From an uncultured Acidobacteriota bacterium (GTDB taxonomy: Bacteria > Acidobacteriota > Terriglobia > Acidiferrales > UBA7541): a DNA stretch of 40,000 nt. The translations under genes were made by a program, and so were the position numbers. This document shows, piece by piece, positions 35,714 through 40,000 of this stretch. The notes under the pieces are model-generated. The model saw only the letters and a list, made by a program, of their open reading frames with translations, did not search any database and was not told the DNA's origin. Numbering within the stretch: the first letter of the stretch is position 1; every line of letters starts with the position of its first letter. The stretch is taken from positions 166,693-206,692 of the forward strand of contig CAWAYK010000008.1 in NCBI GenBank assembly GCA_963786215.1, given 5' to 3'.

Positions 35714-37330
35714 TCAATGCTTCTGCCCGCTCGCTTGAATTCCTGCGGCAGGCTGCCGGTTATACATCGCGGAAGCAATCTTCAGCATTTCTTCGCGATC
35801 CGATGCCAGCAAATAGCCTGCGGCAATTTGCCTGTCCACCGATTGTGCATAGAGCTTCACATAATTTGCTTCACTGCCGTACCGCTTCGTGAGTTCCTCG
35901 GAAGAAAACTGCTGCCAGCCGCCCAGGTTTCCGCAGGTGGCCTCGATCGAAGCTGTCGTTACGGGAGGCAGCGAAGGTGGAACGGGGCGTCCCACCGGAT
36001 GCTGTACATCCGGGAATCGAACGCCGCCCAGCGGTTGCGCGTCCTCATCCACCAGTGGCAGATACAGGCGCACGCCGGGCAGGTGATTAAAGTTTTGCAA
36101 TTTCGAGAGTACCGGATCGGGGTCGAGCACAAAGAGCGCGGATGGAGGCAAGAGTGGCGCTTGCTTTGCCGACGGAACTTTAAGTTCATGCTCCAGCTCC
36201 AACGTTACGGCGCGCAAGTACGCGGAATGCGGAATCGGATTGAGGTCGATCACCGCGCCGCCGTTGCAGCGGCTGGCGCGCGCGCTGCCTCCACTTTGGT
36301 CGATCGGTGCAGGCGCGTGAGCGCTGGGCCAGTCATATCGGCGCATGCGCGGATTTGTTGGCGCAACGTCCGTCACGCTTGCGCGAAGACGATAAAAATC
36401 GGTGTAATTCGCGATATCGATGTAAAAGGGATCGCTCAGGTGCCCGCCCAAAATTTCAGACGAGTTCAGTGGCTTCGCATCCGGCACGACGTACGGAAAT
36501 TCTTTCTCTCCCGCCTGCGCCGCAAGTTCGTTCAGTGCAAGCCAGTTGCCCGTGCCGTCCACAGCAATTGCTCCCTGAAACACGGCGCTGCCATCGACGG
36601 GGTCCGCGTTAAATCCCTCCGCAATAAACGTGTTCGCGAAAAAACCGCTGAGGCTGACGCCGCCGAGAATCAGCGTGTGATAGCTCCCGAAATCCATTGT
36701 CGGTTTGGGATTCAGCGGCGTGCGCCCAGCCAGCATGCGGCCAAAATCGCGAATGATCACTTCGCCCACGCCCTCCGCCTCCATCGGGACGTTGGTTGCT
36801 ACACCCGCTTGCCACTGCACGCGCGCGTACGATGTGGCATGCGCAAAAAGAAATCCGTTTCCCGTACTTCCACCATTCGTTGTAGCGGACGGCGGCCCAG
36901 TAACTGCAACCTCATGCAGCGCGTTGAGAAAAACCGGAGTGCCTCGATTTTCCGCTTCGACAAAGACTACCGTATTTGTCCCGGGCTGCTCTGGCGCAGT
37001 AATTTCAAATTCGGATTGATAAGGATAGTTGCCGTCCGAGTCATGTGGGAGTTGGTCAAACCCTTGTATCGTGTCCCTCGCCGCGACAACCCCCGTAACC
37101 GTACCCCAGGTTCTTTTGTAAACAACTCCCCCGAATGTTCCCGCTTGTTCCGATCCAGCAATCGTGACGTATGTAATCCTCGATTGCTGATCACTCGCGG
37201 CCTTGCTTCCCTCGCTGCCTTGTGCAGGCGCAGCATTGCCCGGCACGGAAAAAAATAACAGCGTTGCAAGTGTCGCAGCCCATAAAACAGCGCTGAGACA
37301 CCGGTTGCATTTCATTCGAGGTGTGGGCAT
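35714..37330 (-). CDS. Secreted hypothetical protein, possible alpha/beta-hydrolase-domain (Abhydrolase_10-like) family
   Basis: RBS GGGAGGG before ATG 37330, then a signal peptide. GGVSLSGFFANTFIAEGFNADPVDGSAVFQG resembles the GxSQSG...GFN.D block of that family (weak). Confidence 0.55.
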   Translation of the reverse strand: MPTPRMKCNRCLSAVLWAATLATLLFFSVPGNAAPAQGSEGSKAASDQQSRITYVTIAGSEQAGTFGGVVYKRTWGTVTGVVAARDTIQGFDQLPHDSDGNYPYQSEFEITAPEQPGTNTVVFVEAENRGTPVFLNALHEVAVTGPPSATTNGGSTGNGFLFAHATSYARVQWQAGVATNVPMEAEGVGEVIIRDFGRMLAGRTPLNPKPTMDFGSYHTLILGGVSLSGFFANTFIAEGFNADPVDGSAVFQGAIAVDGTGNWLALNELAAQAGEKEFPYVVPDAKPLNSSEILGGHLSDPFYIDIANYTDFYRLRASVTDVAPTNPRMRRYDWPSAHAPAPIDQSGGSARASRCNGGAVIDLNPIPHSAYLRAVTLELEHELKVPSAKQAPLLPPSALFVLDPDPVLSKLQNFNHLPGVRLYLPLVDEDAQPLGGVRFPDVQHPVGRPVPPSLPPVTTASIEATCGNLGGWQQFSSEELTKRYGSEANYVKLYAQSVDRQIAAGYLLASDREEMLKIASAMYNRQPAAGIQASGQKH

Positions 37331-37485
37331 AAAAAGTCCCTCCCAAATTCTGCACACATATAGCACTGTTCCATTCAAAAATTAGTTTATACCAAGTCCA
37401 TGCACGAACGGACATTCGGGCGACGGTCATATTTCCAAATTGTTAAGCGCTGCCCTCGGCGGTGCCTCAATTTGTGAGAAAAGAC

Positions 37486-37620
37486 GCCCTCTCCCTCGCG
37501 AAGTTCGTTGCACTGAGAGGCCGCATTGCCCTGCAGTCGCTTTTGTAGAGGCCGCCCTTCTTTTCGGGCGGGCAGCTTTTTTGCTCTAACACCGCAAAAT
37601 TCAAATTGATGCACTACCCT
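37486..37620 (+). repeat. Extragenic repeat element, copy B
   Basis: Paralogue of 15924-16069. It has the same terminator-like hairpin and an identical 27-nt 3' end. No insertion follows it. Confidence 0.6.
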
Positions 37621-37714
37621 AATCTCGTAGTATTTGCTCTCACCCGGTAAGCCCGTTACAATGAGCCTTCACACCGCACCTGCCCAATCCGTCACGTTTA
37701 TCGAGAAAGGCACT

Positions 37715-38170
37715 ATGGCTTCTAGAACAGTCTGGCACTTTGCTTATGGCAGTTACATGAACCGCGCGCAGATGCTTTCCCGCGCCGGAACTATTTTGGA
37801 AGAGCGCAATGCGTCTCTCCCGAATTACGAAGTTCGCTTCAACAAAAAAGTTCGCGGCGGAACAGCCGGTGCCAATATTCAGATGGCGTCGGGGAAAACC
37901 GTTCACGGCGTGCTCTACAAAGTCGAAGAGAACGCGCTCCGTTCACTGGACCGCTACGAAGGCGTTCCGGAACATTACCGGCGCATCGAAGTGCAAGTGA
38001 CTCCCGAGGGCGGGCAACCTGTTCCGGCGCAGATTTATATTGCGTCGAAAGTGGAGAAAGGTTTACGCCCATCGCCATCCTATCTACAGGCGATGCTGGA
38101 TGGCGCAGGCGAACACAATCTGCCAGCCTCTTACATTGGCGAGATTAAAAGCGCGGCCGGAGCGGCCTGA
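37715..38170 (+). CDS. Gamma-glutamylcyclotransferase-like (AIG2/GGACT family) protein
   Basis: RBS GAGAAAGG before ATG 37715. Blocks FAYGSYMN, VHGVLYKV and LDRYEGVPEHYRR. Confidence 0.8.
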   Translation: MASRTVWHFAYGSYMNRAQMLSRAGTILEERNASLPNYEVRFNKKVRGGTAGANIQMASGKTVHGVLYKVEENALRSLDRYEGVPEHYRRIEVQVTPEGGQPVPAQIYIASKVEKGLRPSPSYLQAMLDGAGEHNLPASYIGEIKSAAGAA

Positions 38171-38267
38171 AGAGTCTGTGCGAGAACACTAGATTTGAGA
38201 ACTGCAGAATCCTTTTGAGTCGTGGCTTTAGCCACGAAATAAGTTCTGCAAAATGAGTCCGGCTTTG

Positions 38268-38407
38268 CAGGCTGCGGAAAAAAGGTTTTGTGCTGTCATT
38301 CTGAGCGAAGCGAAGAATCTCTCCTCGATTTAAGTATAGGAAAAGCAACAAGGAGAGATTCTTCGCTTCGCTCAGAATGACGGAGTATTGGGTTTTTCCG
38401 CAGCCTG
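38268..38407. repeat. 140-bp nested palindromic element
   Basis: Outer arms caggctgcggaaaaa (38268-38282) / tttttccgcagcctg (38393-38407). Inner 31-bp perfect arms 38295-38325 / 38351-38381 (gtcattctgagcgaagcgaagaatctctcct). Confidence 0.75.
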
Positions 38408-38497
38408 TTTAGCCGCTGAGGTTCTGACTTAGTTCTCACAAAGACTCGCATCGCTCTTGCCGCTGCGAAAAATTTCTTTTACCGAACCGGAGGGACC

Positions 38498-40000
38498 ATG
38501 GCTACTTCGTCGTTGCCGCGGGCTGCATCCCGTGGAGGCAGTTTCCTCATCGAATCGTGCACCCCGGAAGATGTTTTTTCTCCCGCGGAACTCACGGACG
38601 ATCAAAAGCTGATTGGCCAGACGGCCGAGGAGTTCGTCCGCAACGAAGTGGTTCCCGTTATCCCCGATCTTGAGCTGCACAAGCCCGGATTGATTGCCCA
38701 GCTTTTGAAAAAGGCCGGCGAAATCGGATTGCTGGGCGGCGGCGTGCCGGATGAGTACGGCGGCGCGGGTCTCGACAAAGTTTCCAGCGTGCAACTCGCC
38801 GAAAAATTGTCCGCCTATGCTTCGTTTGGCGTCAGCCACGGCGGCCACTCCGGCATTGGCACTCTGCCAATCGTTTTCTTTGGAACGGAAGAACAAAAGA
38901 AAAAATATCTTCCTGTGCTGGCCACAGGTGAAAAACTTGCAGCCTACTGCTTGTCCGAGCCGCAAGCGGGATCGGACGCGCAAAATTCCCGCACCCGCGC
39001 CGTGCTTTCCCCGGATGGCCGTTCGTGGATTTTAAATGGCCAGAAAATGTGGATCACCAACGGCGGCTTCGCCGATGTCTACATCGTCTTTGCAAAAGTG
39101 GATGGCGAGAAATTTTCCTGTTTCATCGTCGAGCGCGGTTTTCCCGGATTCTCTGCGGGCGCGGAAGAAAAGAAAATGGGTCTGAAGGGCAGCTCAACGA
39201 CGGCCATCTTTTTTGAAAGTTGCCAGGTGCCTAAGGAAAATCTGCTGCACGAAGTGGGTCGCGGGCACATCGTGGCGTTCAATATTTTAAATGCCGGACG
39301 ATTCAGCCTGGGCGCCTATTGCGTGGGAGGCTCGAAGGACACGCTGGCCATCGCCTCGAAATATGCAAAAGAGCGCGTCGCTTTCGGCAAGCCCATCGCG
39401 GAATTCGGCTTGATTCGCGCGAAGCTCGCGGAAATGGCCATTCGCATCTTCGCCGTCGAATCGATGATCTATCGCTCCGCGGGCCTGATGGACAAGGCGA
39501 TCGCCGCTGCCGGCGAAAACGCGGACAAGTCGCTGCAATCCATGAAAGTGTTTGAGGAGTACGCCATCGAAAGCTCGATCAGCAAAGTGTACGGCTCGGA
39601 ATTGTTGGACTTTGTAGTGGATGAAGCGGTTCAAATTTTCGGCGGCTACGGCTTTCATGAGGATTATCCCGTGGCGCGTTCTTACCGCGATTCGCGCGTG
39701 AACCGTATTTTCGAGGGCACCAACGAAATCAACCGCATGCTCATCATTCAGATGCTTATGAAGCGCGCCACTTCCGGCGTTCTCCCTTTGATGCAGGCGG
39801 GCGCAAAATTGCGCGACGAAATCATGGCTGGCCCGTCGTTTGACGAGCCCGAGACCGGCGCGTGGGCGGAAGAAGAAAAAATTCTCGCCGGAATTAAAAA
39901 AGCATTTTTGCTCGTCGCGGGAGCGGCGCTGGAAAAATATCGCGAGCGGTTGGCGGATCAGCAGGAAATTGTCGCGGCGCTTTCAGACATTGTCATGGAA
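38498..40000 (+). CDS. Acyl-CoA dehydrogenase (long form), 3' end outside window
   Basis: Not in the ORF track because it has no stop in the window. I translated it by hand from ATG 38498 (RBS GGAGGGA) and found 501 open codons. Blocks: AYCLSEPQAGSDA, WITNGG, FGKPIAEFG, QIFGGYGF and RIFEGTNEI. Confidence 0.9.
   Translation, partial: MATSSLPRAASRGGSFLIESCTPEDVFSPAELTDDQKLIGQTAEEFVRNEVVPVIPDLELHKPGLIAQLLKKAGEIGLLGGGVPDEYGGAGLDKVSSVQLAEKLSAYASFGVSHGGHSGIGTLPIVFFGTEEQKKKYLPVLATGEKLAAYCLSEPQAGSDAQNSRTRAVLSPDGRSWILNGQKMWITNGGFADVYIVFAKVDGEKFSCFIVERGFPGFSAGAEEKKMGLKGSSTTAIFFESCQVPKENLLHEVGRGHIVAFNILNAGRFSLGAYCVGGSKDTLAIASKYAKERVAFGKPIAEFGLIRAKLAEMAIRIFAVESMIYRSAGLMDKAIAAAGENADKSLQSMKVFEEYAIESSISKVYGSELLDFVVDEAVQIFGGYGFHEDYPVARSYRDSRVNRIFEGTNEINRMLIIQMLMKRATSGVLPLMQAGAKLRDEIMAGPSFDEPETGAWAEEEKILAGIKKAFLLVAGAALEKYRERLADQQEIVAALSDIVME

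Noticed and set aside
35717-37258. 513-aa plus-strand ORF
   Set aside because: It lies entirely antisense to the 35714..37330 gene, which has an RBS, a signal peptide and family-like blocks. Its own translation is Arg/Cys-rich low-complexity sequence, typical of shadow ORFs in GC-rich DNA.
1-40000. CRISPR array or cas2 associated with the Cas1-like gene
   Set aside because: I found no run of regularly spaced direct repeats and no Cas2-like small ORF anywhere in the window. The Cas1 homologue is flanked by transposon genes instead.

Overview
About 40 kb of a GC-rich bacterial chromosome. The backbone genes (DUF1800/DUF1501 pair, TIGR03436-like VWA protein, CarboxypepD_reg-type secreted protein, DUF481, DUF2911) look Acidobacteriota-like; this is inferred from gene content only. 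Other backbone genes: DEAD-box helicase 3' end, beta-barrel OMP, metallophosphoesterase, glyoxalase-fold protein, orphan HisKA_3 histidine kinase, rhomboid protease, pyruvate kinase, M20 peptidase, alpha/beta-hydrolase-like proteins, GGCT-like protein, and an acyl-CoA dehydrogenase that runs off the 3' edge and is missing from the ORF track. Mobile DNA includes an apparently intact IS4-family IS (680..2103, 40-bp IRs) and a decayed IS30-family IS (about 12677..13935). The main result is a 12,931-bp insertion (16089..29019) bounded by perfect 37-bp terminal inverted repeats and a perfect 14-bp target-site duplication. It encodes a Cas1-like integrase, a family B DNA polymerase (broken by two frameshifts), an HNH-like protein and an HTH protein, which are the hallmarks of a casposon. 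I saw no CRISPR array or cas2. The element carries a tightly coupled cargo operon (beta-class SPPY DNA methyltransferase, DGQHR/DndB-like protein, 305-aa unknown), a 274-aa unknown with a D-x9-ExK string, and a 436-aa unknown at the left end. Together these look like an uncharacterised modification/defence-type module riding on a self-synthesizing transposon. Four genes in the window carry clustered reading-frame lesions, and several families of long palindromic extragenic repeats are present.
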